DNA from: Thermodesulfobacteriota bacterium
Lineage (GTDB): Bacteria; Desulfobacterota_D; UBA1144; Nemesobacterales; UBA2774
Reading direction: 5' to 3'
DNA: 64,000 nucleotides
Assembly: GCA_965216785.1 (NCBI GenBank)
Contig: OZ244197.1
Coordinates: 1,440,001-1,504,000, forward strand
The position numbers were made by a program, and so were the translations under genes. Positions 28,857-38,859 of the stretch are shown here, one piece after another. The first letter of the stretch is position 1. Every line of letters begins with the position of its first letter. Below the pieces are notes generated by a model that did no database searches, was not told the DNA's origin, and worked only from the letters and a program-made list of their open reading frames with translations.

Positions 28857-30059
28857 ATGAACCCAATATCAGCACTCATTGTCGCCTACAGGGCAATCGC
28901 CTCCAACAAAATCAGGTCGGTACTTACGACGCTTGGAATAATCATAGGCGTTGCTACGGTTATCGCGCTCGTTGCTCTCACATCAGGGGCAAAGCAGATG
29001 ATAGAGGAGCAGCTCACGGGGCTTGGAAGTAAATCCCTCAGCATAAAGAGCGGTAAGAGGGGAATAGGCGCTCAGGAAGACGCCCCAATTCTCACGGTCG
29101 GGGACGCCGAAGCCGTAGAGGAGCTTGACGTTATAGAGCGTATAACCCCCCTATTGAACAAGAGCGAGCTTGCGGCTGCCGACAATAAAAGCTGGTATAC
29201 GATCGTGCTCGGCACTTCCCCTGATTACATATACATAAACGACTGGTTCCCCGAGCACGGCAGCTTCTTTAATGATCTGGACCTCTCAAATGCCGAAAGG
29301 GTCGCGGTTCTGGGTAAAACGGTCGCTAAGAACCTATATGGCTATCAGGACCCTATAGGGCAGAACGTAAGGATAGGAAACAGCTCTTTTAAAGTGATAG
29401 GTATAATGAGTTCCCTCGGGCAGACTTCGAGCGGAAAAGACCAGGACGATATAATCCTCATCCCATTTAAGACTTTCCAAAAAAGGATTGAGGGAGTAAC
29501 AAATATAAAAACAATCGCTGCCTCTGTAAAAAACCAGGAAGATCTGCAGCTCGCAGAAGCCCAGATACTCGATCTGCTGCTTGAGCGTCATAAAGTCGGC
29601 CGTGATGAAAAAAACCCTTTTTATGTAAGGACACAGACCACCGTGATCGAAAGGATCGTCACTATCTCGCAGATCATGACAATTCTCCTCGGCAGTATCG
29701 CGTCGATATCCCTTGTGGTCGGAGGCATCGGGATTATGAATATCATGCTCGTCTCGGTAGGGGAGCGTACAAGAGAGATCGGTATCAGAATCGCTGTCGG
29801 CGCCAAGGAAAAAGATATACTCGTTCAATTTCTCATAGAGGCTGTGCTTATCTCGCTAGTGGGTGGTTTTATAGGGATTTTCCTGGGTATAGCGGGCTCT
29901 CAGATAGCCTCGTACTTCACAGGCTGGCCTAGTGTTATATCCTTTAATATGGTCTTTATCTCATTTGGATTTGCGGCTTTTATAGGGATTTTCTTCGGCA
30001 TTTACCCCGCGAGAAAAGCTTCCAAGCTAGACCCCATAGAAGCGCTAAGGTATGAGTAG
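28857..30059 (+). CDS. MacB/FtsX-family ABC transporter permease
   Basis: RSVLTTLGIIIGV, GGIGIMNIMLVSVGERTREIGIR, PARKASKLDPIEALRYE; no ATPase domain. Confidence 0.92.
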   Translation: MNPISALIVAYRAIASNKIRSVLTTLGIIIGVATVIALVALTSGAKQMIEEQLTGLGSKSLSIKSGKRGIGAQEDAPILTVGDAEAVEELDVIERITPLLNKSELAAADNKSWYTIVLGTSPDYIYINDWFPEHGSFFNDLDLSNAERVAVLGKTVAKNLYGYQDPIGQNVRIGNSSFKVIGIMSSLGQTSSGKDQDDIILIPFKTFQKRIEGVTNIKTIAASVKNQEDLQLAEAQILDLLLERHKVGRDEKNPFYVRTQTTVIERIVTISQIMTILLGSIASISLVVGGIGIMNIMLVSVGERTREIGIRIAVGAKEKDILVQFLIEAVLISLVGGFIGIFLGIAGSQIASYFTGWPSVISFNMVFISFGFAAFIGIFFGIYPARKASKLDPIEALRYE

Positions 30060-30079
30060 GTAGAGAATTCCCAACGTAT

Positions 30080-31201
30080 ATGAATAAGTATCTTAAGAAC
30101 TTTCTGTTAATTATAGTTTCAGTTCTCATTGCGCTCCTGATAGCTGAGGGCGCCGCCAGGCTGGTATACGACCCGATTGATTTCCTAAAACCGGTAACTC
30201 AAAGGGACGAGGTGCTCAGGTACAGGATCGAGCCCGGCTCCGGGGCTCATGACGACTGGGGCTTTAGGAATAGGAGCGTGCCGGAAACAGCGGACATTAT
30301 TGCCATTGGCGACTCACAGACATATGGAATAAGCGCCCAGGCCCAAAGCTCCTGGCCATCTCAACTGAAGGGCCAAAGCGGAAAGTCCGTCTATAACCTT
30401 TCCCTTCCGGGTTACGGCCCCGCCGAGTACCTGCTGTTAATGAAAGATAAAGCCCTTACATTAAAACCCGAGACTATAGTTGCGGGTTTTTATCTGGGAA
30501 ATGACTTAAAAGACTCTTTCACTGCTGTGTACACAGTCCCGGCATGGGAAGGACTAAGAGACCCCGGGGCCGCTTCGGCCCTGCCGGATGATTTACCTGT
30601 TTCAAAGAAGATTGACTCCCCGGGCTTGGCCGACTGGCTCTCCGCGAACAGCGTGCTTTACAGGCTTGTAAGCTCATCTGTTATCGGCGATAACCTGAGA
30701 CAGCGAAGAAGGATTGCGAGGGGCGAAGAGATTGTAATGCTAAGTGGCGAGGAGCACGGAATAAGCACCGGTTTTACTCCCGACAGGAGGCTTAAGGGTC
30801 TTGACCCGGATAATCCTCAGGTTATCGAGGGTCTTAGCCTGTCTATGGAGTTTTTTAATCGGATGAATACTATTGCTAAAGAGAGCGGAATTGGATTCTT
30901 AGTTGTCATAATTCCGACAAAGGAGAGCGTATTCGCGGGGTTGATAGAGGGGAACGAGTCTCTTGCAGCAAGTGAAAAAATTGACCGCCTGATATCGAAT
31001 GAGCGCGAGGTGAACAAAACTGCCAAAAGATACTTCGCAGATCACGGAATAGAGTATGTGGACGCGCTTCCCGCCCTTCAAAAGGGCTCATTAAATGAGC
31101 AGATCTATCCTTCTAATTTTGGCGGGCACGCGAATAAAAACGGCTACCGCATTATAGCGGAGACTGTAAACGAGAAGCTCAAAGACCTATCTCAGGATTA
31201 A
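30080..31201 (+). CDS. Membrane-anchored SGNH/GDSL-like protein
   Basis: N-terminal TM, WGFR, IGDSQTYG, YNLSLPGYG, GND, GHANKNGY. Confidence 0.75.
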   Translation: MNKYLKNFLLIIVSVLIALLIAEGAARLVYDPIDFLKPVTQRDEVLRYRIEPGSGAHDDWGFRNRSVPETADIIAIGDSQTYGISAQAQSSWPSQLKGQSGKSVYNLSLPGYGPAEYLLLMKDKALTLKPETIVAGFYLGNDLKDSFTAVYTVPAWEGLRDPGAASALPDDLPVSKKIDSPGLADWLSANSVLYRLVSSSVIGDNLRQRRRIARGEEIVMLSGEEHGISTGFTPDRRLKGLDPDNPQVIEGLSLSMEFFNRMNTIAKESGIGFLVVIIPTKESVFAGLIEGNESLAASEKIDRLISNEREVNKTAKRYFADHGIEYVDALPALQKGSLNEQIYPSNFGGHANKNGYRIIAETVNEKLKDLSQD

Positions 31202-31274
31202 AAAACTTACAGTAAAACTCCAATTACTTGCTTATTTACATACACGCAGTCTGATTTTATAATTCTCACTCCTT

Positions 31275-31889
31275 ATGACAAGAATAAAAATATGCGGAAT
31301 TACGAATATTGAGGACGCGCTGCTTGCATCCAATCTTGGCGCGGACGCTCTTGGGTTCATATTCTATCCCGAAAGCAAAAGGTTCATCGAGCCGGAGAGA
31401 GCGGGTGAAATTATATCCTCGCTCCCTCCATTCATCACGACTGTAGGAGTGTTTGTAAACCAGGGCCTGGATGAGATTAACTCTGTAAGGGATAAAACCG
31501 GCATCGGCCTGGTCCAGCTCCACGGGGACGAGTCGCCCGAATTTTGCGCGGAGCTTCCATTTAATGCCGTAAAGGCGCTCAGGATAAAAGAGCCCTCGGA
31601 CATTGCCAGGGTTGAACTTTATCCCCAGGAAGCTATCCTCTTTGACAAGTATTCGGATGACGCATACGGGGGTACGGGCGAGAGTTTTACCTGGGACTGG
31701 CTACAAGATTTAAAGACCACAAAGAGCATTATTCTTTCCGGCGGCTTAACGCCTGATAACGTAGGTGAGGCCATTGGCAAAGTAAGCCCCTATGCGGTTG
31801 ACGTTAGCTCCGGTGTTGAGGGTTCTCCCGGTAATAAGAATGCTGATAAAATGAGACAATTTATACAGGCGGTGAGATTTGGGAACTAA
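31275..31889 (+). CDS. trpF: Phosphoribosylanthranilate isomerase
   Basis: [32 protein letters not shown]. Confidence 0.96.
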   Translation: MTRIKICGITNIEDALLASNLGADALGFIFYPESKRFIEPERAGEIISSLPPFITTVGVFVNQGLDEINSVRDKTGIGLVQLHGDESPEFCAELPFNAVKALRIKEPSDIARVELYPQEAILFDKYSDDAYGGTGESFTWDWLQDLKTTKSIILSGGLTPDNVGEAIGKVSPYAVDVSSGVEGSPGNKNADKMRQFIQAVRFGN

Positions 31890-33090
31890 GACTACATATC
31901 CGGACGAGCTCGGTCATTACGGAATATTCGGTGGCCGCTACGTTTCAGAGACACTCATGCCCGCAATTCTTCAATTAAACGAGGCGTATGCGGAAATTAA
32001 GAACGATCCTAAATTTAAGGAAGAGCTCGAGTATTATCTGGCAGAGTATGTCGGAAGGCCCACGCCTCTTTATTTTGCGGAGAGAATGACCGAGGACTTG
32101 GGGGGAGCCAAAATATATTTAAAACGTGAAGATTTGGCGCACACGGGCGCTCACAAGATTAATAACACTATTGGGCAGGCGCTCCTCGCCTCACGTATGG
32201 GTAAAAAGAGGATTATCGCGGAAACCGGGGCAGGGCAGCACGGAGTCGCCACAGCCACAGTAGCGGCGCTTCTGAACATGGAGTGCGAGATATTCATGGG
32301 GCAGGAAGACACAGTACGGCAGGCGCTTAACGTTCTGCGTATGAAGCTTCTGGGCGCAACAGTAAGAGAAGTAACACAGGGTACAAAAACGTTAAAAGAC
32401 GCCATGAACGAGGCTATGAGGGACTGGATTACAAATGTTAGAGATACTTTTTATATAATCGGGAGCGTCGCGGGCCCGCACCCCTATCCAATGATGGTCA
32501 GGGATTTTCAGTCCGTGATCGGCAGGGAAGCAAGAGAGCAGATTCTTGAGCGCGAAGACCGCCTCCCGGATCTTTTGGTCGCGTGCGTTGGGGGAGGCTC
32601 AAACGCCATGGGGCTTTTCTATCCGTTCCTCGAGGACGAGAGCGTAAAGATGGCGGGTGTTGAAGCCGCGGGCGAGGGAATACAGACAGGCCATCACTCT
32701 GCCAGCATAACGGATGGCTCGGTCGGGGTACTCCACGGGACAAAGACTTACCTCCTCCAGGACGAAGACGGCCAGGTAAAGGGCGCTCACTCTATAGCCC
32801 CGGGGCTCGATTATCCCGGTGTAGGCCCCGAGCACTCTCACCTGTACGATTCCGGCAGGGTTTCTTATACGAATGTGACAGACGGCGAGGCGCTAGAGGG
32901 GTTTTCGTATCTCTCCAAGGTCGAGGGGATAATCCCGGCCCTTGAATCCTCACACGCGGTCGCGTACGCCATGAAAGCGGCCCCCGAGATGTCAAAGGAC
33001 TCGATAATCATTATCTGTCTATCCGGAAGGGGCGATAAAGACTTAAATTCCGTAGCCCATATGCTGCAAACAGACCAGGAGCAGCAATAA
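31879..33090 (+). CDS. trpB: Tryptophan synthase beta chain
   Basis: [47 protein letters not shown]; TTG start. Confidence 0.97.
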   Translation: MGTKTTYPDELGHYGIFGGRYVSETLMPAILQLNEAYAEIKNDPKFKEELEYYLAEYVGRPTPLYFAERMTEDLGGAKIYLKREDLAHTGAHKINNTIGQALLASRMGKKRIIAETGAGQHGVATATVAALLNMECEIFMGQEDTVRQALNVLRMKLLGATVREVTQGTKTLKDAMNEAMRDWITNVRDTFYIIGSVAGPHPYPMMVRDFQSVIGREAREQILEREDRLPDLLVACVGGGSNAMGLFYPFLEDESVKMAGVEAAGEGIQTGHHSASITDGSVGVLHGTKTYLLQDEDGQVKGAHSIAPGLDYPGVGPEHSHLYDSGRVSYTNVTDGEALEGFSYLSKVEGIIPALESSHAVAYAMKAAPEMSKDSIIIICLSGRGDKDLNSVAHMLQTDQEQQ

Positions 33091-33120
33091 GCGGGTATAG
33101 TCAAAACGGCCTCTGCTGTC

Positions 33121-33148
33121 TTGACATTGGTTTTAGAGGTGTTAGAGT
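33121..33148 (+). promoter_or_regulatory. Putative internal promoter upstream of trpA
   Basis: TTGACA-16 bp-TAGAGT with a TGn extension. Confidence 0.45.
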
Positions 33149-33263
33149 TTGGTCGAAATACAGAGAACTTCAGGGGATGGGTATACTAATCATAACAGCT
33201 GAATTTTCTGCAATCGCCGCCGGCTATACATAGTTTTCAAGCACGGTGCTGATGAAGCTTTTC

Positions 33264-33288
33264 CTAAATCACCCGGTCTAAATCACCC
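33264..33288. repeat. 11-bp direct repeat with 14-bp period immediately before trpA
   Basis: ctaaatcaccc-ggt-ctaaatcaccc. Confidence 0.75.
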
Positions 33289-33299
33289 ATTTAAAAGTC

Positions 33300-34127
33300 A
33301 TGAACAGAATAGAGAAAAAGTTCCGCGAGCTTAATGATAAAGGGAGAACCGCTTTGGTAACCTATGTTACAGCGGGCGATCCTTCTATCGAAATGACTCC
33401 GGACATAGTGCTAAAGCTCGAGGAGAGCGGGGCTGATATTATAGAGCTCGGTGTACCGTTCTCTGACCCCATGGCGGACGGCCCTGTAATACAGCTTGCC
33501 TCGGAAAGGGCTCTGAAAAGCGGTACTACTCTCAAAAGTGTGCTGGAATCTGTCAAATCCATAAGGCGGCATTCCGATATACCTATAATACTTTTTGGCT
33601 ATTACAACCCTTTCTTAACTTACGGTCTTGAGAAGTTTGCCTCTGATGCCGCACGGGCTGGAGCTGACGGAGTGCTCGTAGTAGACCTGCCGCCAGAGGA
33701 AGCTTCGGAATTCAAAGTTCATACCGACAACGAAGGACTCAATCTTATTTTTCTCTTAGCCCCCACGAGCACGCACGAGCGTGTGAATCTAATAGCAGAG
33801 CACGCCAGCGGTTTCGTATACCTTGTTTCTGTCACGGGGGTCACCGGAGTTAGAACACAAGTGGATGGTTCGCTCGATTCGCTCTGCAGCGAGATAAAAC
33901 AAACGACTCGCCTCCCTGTAGGGGTGGGCTTCGGCATATCTTCTCCGGAGCAGGTAGAGAGCATCTCGGGCTTCGCGGACGCGGTTATTGTAGGAAGCGC
34001 CATAGTACGATTAATTGAAAAGCACGGTCAGGACAAAGACGCGCTCTTAGAGCGGCTTTCTGATTTTGTAGGTTCATTAAGCGCTCCTTGCGGCGGCACA
34101 TCCGGCGAGGCAGTGTCAGAGGCGTAG
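33300..34127 (+). CDS. trpA: Tryptophan synthase alpha chain
   Basis: ELGVPFSDPMADGPVIQ, YYNP, DLPPEE, GVTG, VGFGI. Confidence 0.97.
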   Translation: MNRIEKKFRELNDKGRTALVTYVTAGDPSIEMTPDIVLKLEESGADIIELGVPFSDPMADGPVIQLASERALKSGTTLKSVLESVKSIRRHSDIPIILFGYYNPFLTYGLEKFASDAARAGADGVLVVDLPPEEASEFKVHTDNEGLNLIFLLAPTSTHERVNLIAEHASGFVYLVSVTGVTGVRTQVDGSLDSLCSEIKQTTRLPVGVGFGISSPEQVESISGFADAVIVGSAIVRLIEKHGQDKDALLERLSDFVGSLSAPCGGTSGEAVSEA

Positions 34128-34131
34128 ATAG

Positions 34132-35466
34132 ATGCAGAAAGAGCAACATAGATACCTTTTTATCGGGGAGTTCGATTCCCTTTTGCTCGGTCTTTTTTCA
34201 AAGAGAGGAGAAGTAATATGGGTAAGCTCTTTGGAAGAGGCGCTTAACCAGACCGGGAATTTTACTATTATAATGATCGAGCACAACTCTTTTTCCCCGA
34301 AAATCTCAAAAGAGCTTGGGGTTCATTACCCATTAACCCCGCTTATTGTCAGTAACGGCTCAGAGCACGGCGAGCCGCCTGCTTCCGTCAGATTTGTCGC
34401 GTTTGATAAATTACTGTCTGAACAAATCTCGCGAGAGGAAAGGCTTGCACGTACAGAGCTCCGTGTGGAAGAGTTAAGGGCGGTTCACGCAAACGCAAAG
34501 AAGATGCTCATCCTGCTTCACGACCACCCGGACCCGGACTCCATCGCAAGCGCGCTTGCGCTCAGAACACTCCTTAGGAGAAATAAGCAGACGGCTATAA
34601 TCGGACATCTGGGAGAGAAAATATCGAGGCCTGAAAACGTCGCCATGATCGAGCTCCTCGATATCGATCTTAAAGCCCTCACTTACGCAAAGCTAAAGGC
34701 TTATGACTCTATTGCGCTGGTAGATGTGCAGCCTACGTTTTTCAGCGACAAGCTGCCCCCGGTGGACACGGTTATCGACCACCACCCGATGGTTGACTCA
34801 TATGAAGCGAAATTCAAGGAGATCAGGGCTGAAGAAGGCGCTACCTCCACAATACTTACAAAATACCTTAGGTCTTCTCAGATGGTGATCTCTGAAAGGC
34901 TAGCGACAGCGCTTCTATATGGTATCAAGACCGATACCATTACTCTTAATAGAGACGCTAACCCTGATGATGTCGAGGCTTTTACCTTCCTGTACCCGGA
35001 CGCGAACCTTCCGCTGCTCAGGCGTATTGAGCGCGCTGAGGTGCCGCCCGAGGAAATAAAGTCATTCGGTCAGGCGCTTGCCGACCACTGGATTAAAGAT
35101 GATATCTTCTTCGTCAATGTGGGCAGGGTGGACAGAGAGTACATGATACCCAAGATGGCTGATTTCGGCATACAGGTAAAGGGTGTCGAGTGGTCTGTAG
35201 CTTTCGGAATATTGTCTAATTCTCACCTTGTTATATCAGTAAGGAACGTAGGTTATGTTAAGAGCGCCGGTCGCCTTGTTAGGGATTTATTCCGTGAGAT
35301 AGGAAGCGCCGGCGGACACCGCTCGGCCGCAAAAGCAGTCATTTCTCTTAGTAAAGTGAGAAAGACCATCGGAAAAGGCTCACAGGATAAAATTAAGAAA
35401 TGGCTCACGGATGTCTTTACAAAAGCTGTAACCGAAAAAGCGGAAGAAGAAAACAGTAAAGCATAA
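34132..35466 (+). CDS. DHH family phosphoesterase with N-terminal extension
   Basis: HDHPDPDS, LVD, IDHH, GIKTDT, SAGGH (DHHA1). Confidence 0.88.
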   Translation: MQKEQHRYLFIGEFDSLLLGLFSKRGEVIWVSSLEEALNQTGNFTIIMIEHNSFSPKISKELGVHYPLTPLIVSNGSEHGEPPASVRFVAFDKLLSEQISREERLARTELRVEELRAVHANAKKMLILLHDHPDPDSIASALALRTLLRRNKQTAIIGHLGEKISRPENVAMIELLDIDLKALTYAKLKAYDSIALVDVQPTFFSDKLPPVDTVIDHHPMVDSYEAKFKEIRAEEGATSTILTKYLRSSQMVISERLATALLYGIKTDTITLNRDANPDDVEAFTFLYPDANLPLLRRIERAEVPPEEIKSFGQALADHWIKDDIFFVNVGRVDREYMIPKMADFGIQVKGVEWSVAFGILSNSHLVISVRNVGYVKSAGRLVRDLFREIGSAGGHRSAAKAVISLSKVRKTIGKGSQDKIKKWLTDVFTKAVTEKAEEENSKA

Positions 35467-35563
35467 GCTTCTTGAAACCCTCAGACTCATCCCCAGTGTG
35501 ATTATCCCTAAATACTGACAATTTATTGTATAACTCCCTGTGACAGAATATAATCATGGCGTC

Positions 35564-36499
35564 ATGAGAATTATTTTCATGGGTACGCCCGAGTTCGCGG
35601 TACCTACTTTAAAAGCGCTTTCGGATTCAGAGGACGATGTGGTCGCGGTCATTTCCCAGCCCGATAAGCACAGGGGCAGGGGAAGAAAGCTTGCTCCGAC
35701 CCCGACCAAGCTCTTTGCTGAGGAGCACGGTATCCCTGTGCTTCAGCCCCCAAAGATCAAAACCCAAGAGTTCCTGAACGAGATCCGGGGCTTAAACCCG
35801 GATCTCATAGTCGTAGCCGCGTACGGAAAGATCCTTTCCGGCGAGCTCCTCGAAATACCTCCCCACGGCTGCATAAACGTACACCCTTCGCTCCTTCCCA
35901 AGTACAGGGGCGCCTCTCCCCTTAATAGCGCGGTAGTAAGCGGCGATAAAGTAACCGGGGTTACTATCATGCAACTCGACGAAGGCATGGATACGGGTGA
36001 TATACTTCTTCAAAGGCCGGCGCCGATTGAAGATGACGATACTGCCGAAACTTTAAGCTCAAAACTCTCAGAGCTTGGAGCCGAGCTTTTACTGGAAACT
36101 ATCAAGCTCCTTAAAGCCGGCGCTCTTGAGCCTCAAAAACAGGACGATACCCTCGCAAGCCATACCCATATGCTATCGAAAGAGGACGGCCTTATCGACT
36201 GGAGTAAATCTGCTACTGAAATTAGGAACCTGATCCGGGGTATGCTCCCCTGGCCTGGTGCGTATACATATCTCGGGGACAAAATGCTAAAGATTTATTC
36301 TGCCGAATGTGCTCATAGAGGGGGCAGCCCAGGCGAGGTGTTGGGTGCTTTTAAGGGAGTGCTCGAAGTCGCTTGTGGTGAGGGCTCGCTCATAATTTCA
36401 GAGCTTCAGATAGAAGGCGGTAAACGCCTGGACGCTAAATCCTTTCTTTCAGGTAGAATGATAGATCCGGGTACTATTCTCGGTCAAGATAATCCTTAA
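35564..36499 (+). CDS. fmt: Methionyl-tRNA formyltransferase
   Basis: MRIIFMGTPEFA, NVHPSLLPKYRGASP, GMDTGD; start moved to ATG 35564. Confidence 0.96.
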   Translation: MRIIFMGTPEFAVPTLKALSDSEDDVVAVISQPDKHRGRGRKLAPTPTKLFAEEHGIPVLQPPKIKTQEFLNEIRGLNPDLIVVAAYGKILSGELLEIPPHGCINVHPSLLPKYRGASPLNSAVVSGDKVTGVTIMQLDEGMDTGDILLQRPAPIEDDDTAETLSSKLSELGAELLLETIKLLKAGALEPQKQDDTLASHTHMLSKEDGLIDWSKSATEIRNLIRGMLPWPGAYTYLGDKMLKIYSAECAHRGGSPGEVLGAFKGVLEVACGEGSLIISELQIEGGKRLDAKSFLSGRMIDPGTILGQDNP

Positions 36500-37077
36500 T
36501 CAACCCTCTTACAGCTATCACCGATATCAGCTAGATGTTCTTTTACCTGCTCAAGCGTCGCCTCTTGGATATCTTCACTCGTACATGCTTTTAGAAGTAA
36601 TTCCCTGCCTTTCTCTGTGTGTCCGGTATTTATGTAAAGAACACCGAGCGTATCTAAAGCGTAGGGAGGTATTTGCTCCAGGCTTTCCGTTGCGCTCATC
36701 ATATATACGAGGGCTTCCTCATAACCCTCTTTTGTCTCAATGTTAAGTGAAGCCAGGTTATTGGCTGCCTCAAGGTTCTTATCGTCTATTGAAAGAGCTC
36801 TCTTATAGTATTTCTCGGCGTTTGTGTATTCTCCTAGCTTATAGTAAACGTTTGCGGTATTCACAAGCGGGGTCACGAGTCTTGGATCACCTTCAATCGC
36901 CTTTGAATACTCTCTTAGCGCAAGCTCGTACTTTTCCTCTCTTTCGTAAATTACACCTAGGTTGTTATGCTCCTCGGCGCTAAGCGGGTCTTCCATAAAG
37001 AGCGATCCCGTGAGCGCGGCGCATCCTGTCAGCAAAACGGCTGTAATAATAAATATAGAGCGGATAATGCCTTTCAC
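36496..37077 (-). CDS. TPR-repeat lipoprotein
   Basis: Lipobox LTGC; HNNLGVIY, ANVYY, AANNLA, DTLGVLY; GTGA overlap with the upstream gene. Confidence 0.85.
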   Translation of the reverse strand: MKGIIRSIFIITAVLLTGCAALTGSLFMEDPLSAEEHNNLGVIYEREEKYELALREYSKAIEGDPRLVTPLVNTANVYYKLGEYTNAEKYYKRALSIDDKNLEAANNLASLNIETKEGYEEALVYMMSATESLEQIPPYALDTLGVLYINTGHTEKGRELLLKACTSEDIQEATLEQVKEHLADIGDSCKRVD

Positions 37078-37628
37078 TTTTCAATCACCAGCATTAGGCG
37101 GTTCATTTTCTCCCACTCAGAGTCAAGCCTCGAGGACTCGATTTCTCGGTCTTGTTCAAAACCTGTGTGAAGGACGAACGTGTTTCTTGAGCTTGAATAT
37201 CCATAAACCACGTAGTAGTGCGGTACACTAACGCGCCATTTTCCCCTGTCCACAAGGAGTATCACGGGTACACCTTCAACTATCAGTGTCTTTAACTGCT
37301 CGATGCTTCCGTTTTCAGTTTTTGATTTGAACCCCTGTTCCCGGGCGAAATTCTCCATATCTGAGATAAGCGCCCCGTTTAACGCCGGTGTATACACAAC
37401 CTGCGCCACATCATCCTGAGTAAGCGTGCTTCCGTAATGGGCCATCACCGATGCCATCGCTGCCGGTCCGCAAAAATCGTCTTTTTGCTTAACGAAGGGG
37501 ACGTTTTCAATAACAGATGCTAATTCAACAGGCGCGGCGCTCTGGGCACTATAGTCCGTTTGCGTACATCCGTAGACGCAGGTGATACACAGCATCCAAG
37601 CCAGCAATATCCGGGTGTTTCTAAGCAT
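37074..37628 (-). CDS. C39-like cysteine peptidase lipoprotein (PA2778-like)
   Basis: Lipobox VYGC; VPFVKQKDDFCGPAAMASV (Gln/Cys), PHYYVVYGY (His). Confidence 0.82.
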   Translation of the reverse strand: MLRNTRILLAWMLCITCVYGCTQTDYSAQSAAPVELASVIENVPFVKQKDDFCGPAAMASVMAHYGSTLTQDDVAQVVYTPALNGALISDMENFAREQGFKSKTENGSIEQLKTLIVEGVPVILLVDRGKWRVSVPHYYVVYGYSSSRNTFVLHTGFEQDREIESSRLDSEWEKMNRLMLVIEK

Positions 37629-37658
37629 GTAAACTGTAGGGTATTGATTACAAAAGGC

Positions 37659-38063
37659 CTATACTCTCTTCCACAGGAATATTATAAGAAGTACCAGGGC
37701 AACGATTACAAGTATCGCGATAATTACTCCCGTTGCGCCGTCTCCACCTGCCGGTATCCGGTCCGAAAGAGAGGCTATCTGGTGTACCTGATCATCCGTC
37801 ATAGTTGCGAGCTTGTCAGAAACTTCCTCTGGAGTCAAACCGTGACTTTGTAGCTTCTCAGCGACTATTTTGTTTTCCAGCGCGCGTCTTACTTTCTTCT
37901 CATTTATTTCCCTAAGCGTAGATGCGTTTTGCCCTTCCTCTATCATCTGTGAATCGACCATAGCGGCCTGGGCGGTGCTATGAATGAGCGCTGTGGGCGT
38001 AAAAGTAAACAGGATCAGAAAAATTATTGAAAGATTGAATTTTCTCAGTGTTGAGTGGTTCAT
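37659..38063 (-). CDS. PA2779-like secreted protein with PAGG motif and C-terminal TM helix
   Basis: Signal peptide AQA|AMV; LQSHGLTPEEVSDKLATMTDDQVHQIA; IPAGGD then a hydrophobic tail ending WKRV; start at ATG 38063 (GGAGG SD). Confidence 0.78.
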   Translation of the reverse strand: MNHSTLRKFNLSIIFLILFTFTPTALIHSTAQAAMVDSQMIEEGQNASTLREINEKKVRRALENKIVAEKLQSHGLTPEEVSDKLATMTDDQVHQIASLSDRIPAGGDGATGVIIAILVIVALVLLIIFLWKRV

Positions 38064-38301
38064 ATCCGTCCTCCTCTCTTGGTTTAAATCATGTCCTCTC
38101 ATATTTGTAACCGATAATTCGAGCTAAACAAAGCTGTTTTTGAAGACGACCGCACTTTAATACTCAACTTAACTTAGGTTATGTCGTAACAGGCCGGATG
38201 GAGGTATAAAAAGACGACACCACTGCCGCTGAGCAGACGTATGCCCGCGGGTGTTTTCCGCTTTTGCCAATCATATACACTATGGTAGTATATCAAACCT
38301 T

Positions 38302-38859
38302 ATGTTGCAGGTGCTAACAGGCTCGCAAAAGGGGAGAAAGCTAAAGGTCCCGAAAGGGAGCAAAGTGCGTCCTCCGACAAGCCGTGTAAAGAAATCGATT
38401 TTCGACAGACTGGGCGATATCAGCGGCCTCAGAGTGCTCGATGTATTTTCAGGCTCGGGGAGTCTCGGTATAGAGGCGCTCAGCAGGGACGCTGAACATG
38501 TGACTTTCATAGAAAAAGACCCCGCCGCTTACAAGGTGCTGTCAGAGAACCTTAAGACATGCGGTTTTCTCGGTAGCGCGGAGCTCATCTGCTCGGATTA
38601 TGAATCGGCGCTTAAAAAACTAAAGAGCGGGGGTGAGAGCTATGAGCTGGTATTTGTGGACCCCCCTTACGAGCTGTATAAGAGTAAGGAAGTTAGCGAT
38701 TTCGTTGAAAAGGCCGGGGAGCTGCTTGTCGAGTTAGGTATCCTCATTATAGAGCATGACCATAAAATTGAAGATTCTCCCGAGGGTTTTAGTAGGTTCA
38801 CGAAGCCTTTCGGCGGAACTCATGTAAGTTATTTCACAAAAGAGGTGTCAAGTGAGTAA
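38302..38859 (+). CDS. rsmD: 16S rRNA m2G966 methyltransferase
   Basis: GSQKGRKL, RPPTSRVKKSIF, LDVFSGSGSLGIEALSR, DPPY; adjacent to coaD; start moved to ATG 38302. Confidence 0.92.
   Translation: MLQVLTGSQKGRKLKVPKGSKVRPPTSRVKKSIFDRLGDISGLRVLDVFSGSGSLGIEALSRDAEHVTFIEKDPAAYKVLSENLKTCGFLGSAELICSDYESALKKLKSGGESYELVFVDPPYELYKSKEVSDFVEKAGELLVELGILIIEHDHKIEDSPEGFSRFTKPFGGTHVSYFTKEVSSE

Noticed and set aside
33170-33260. Fluoride riboswitch (GGGGATGG...GCTGATGA) or trp attenuator
   Set aside because: The pairing partner for P1 is missing and the spacing is too long; the short ORF has no Trp codons and there is no terminator.
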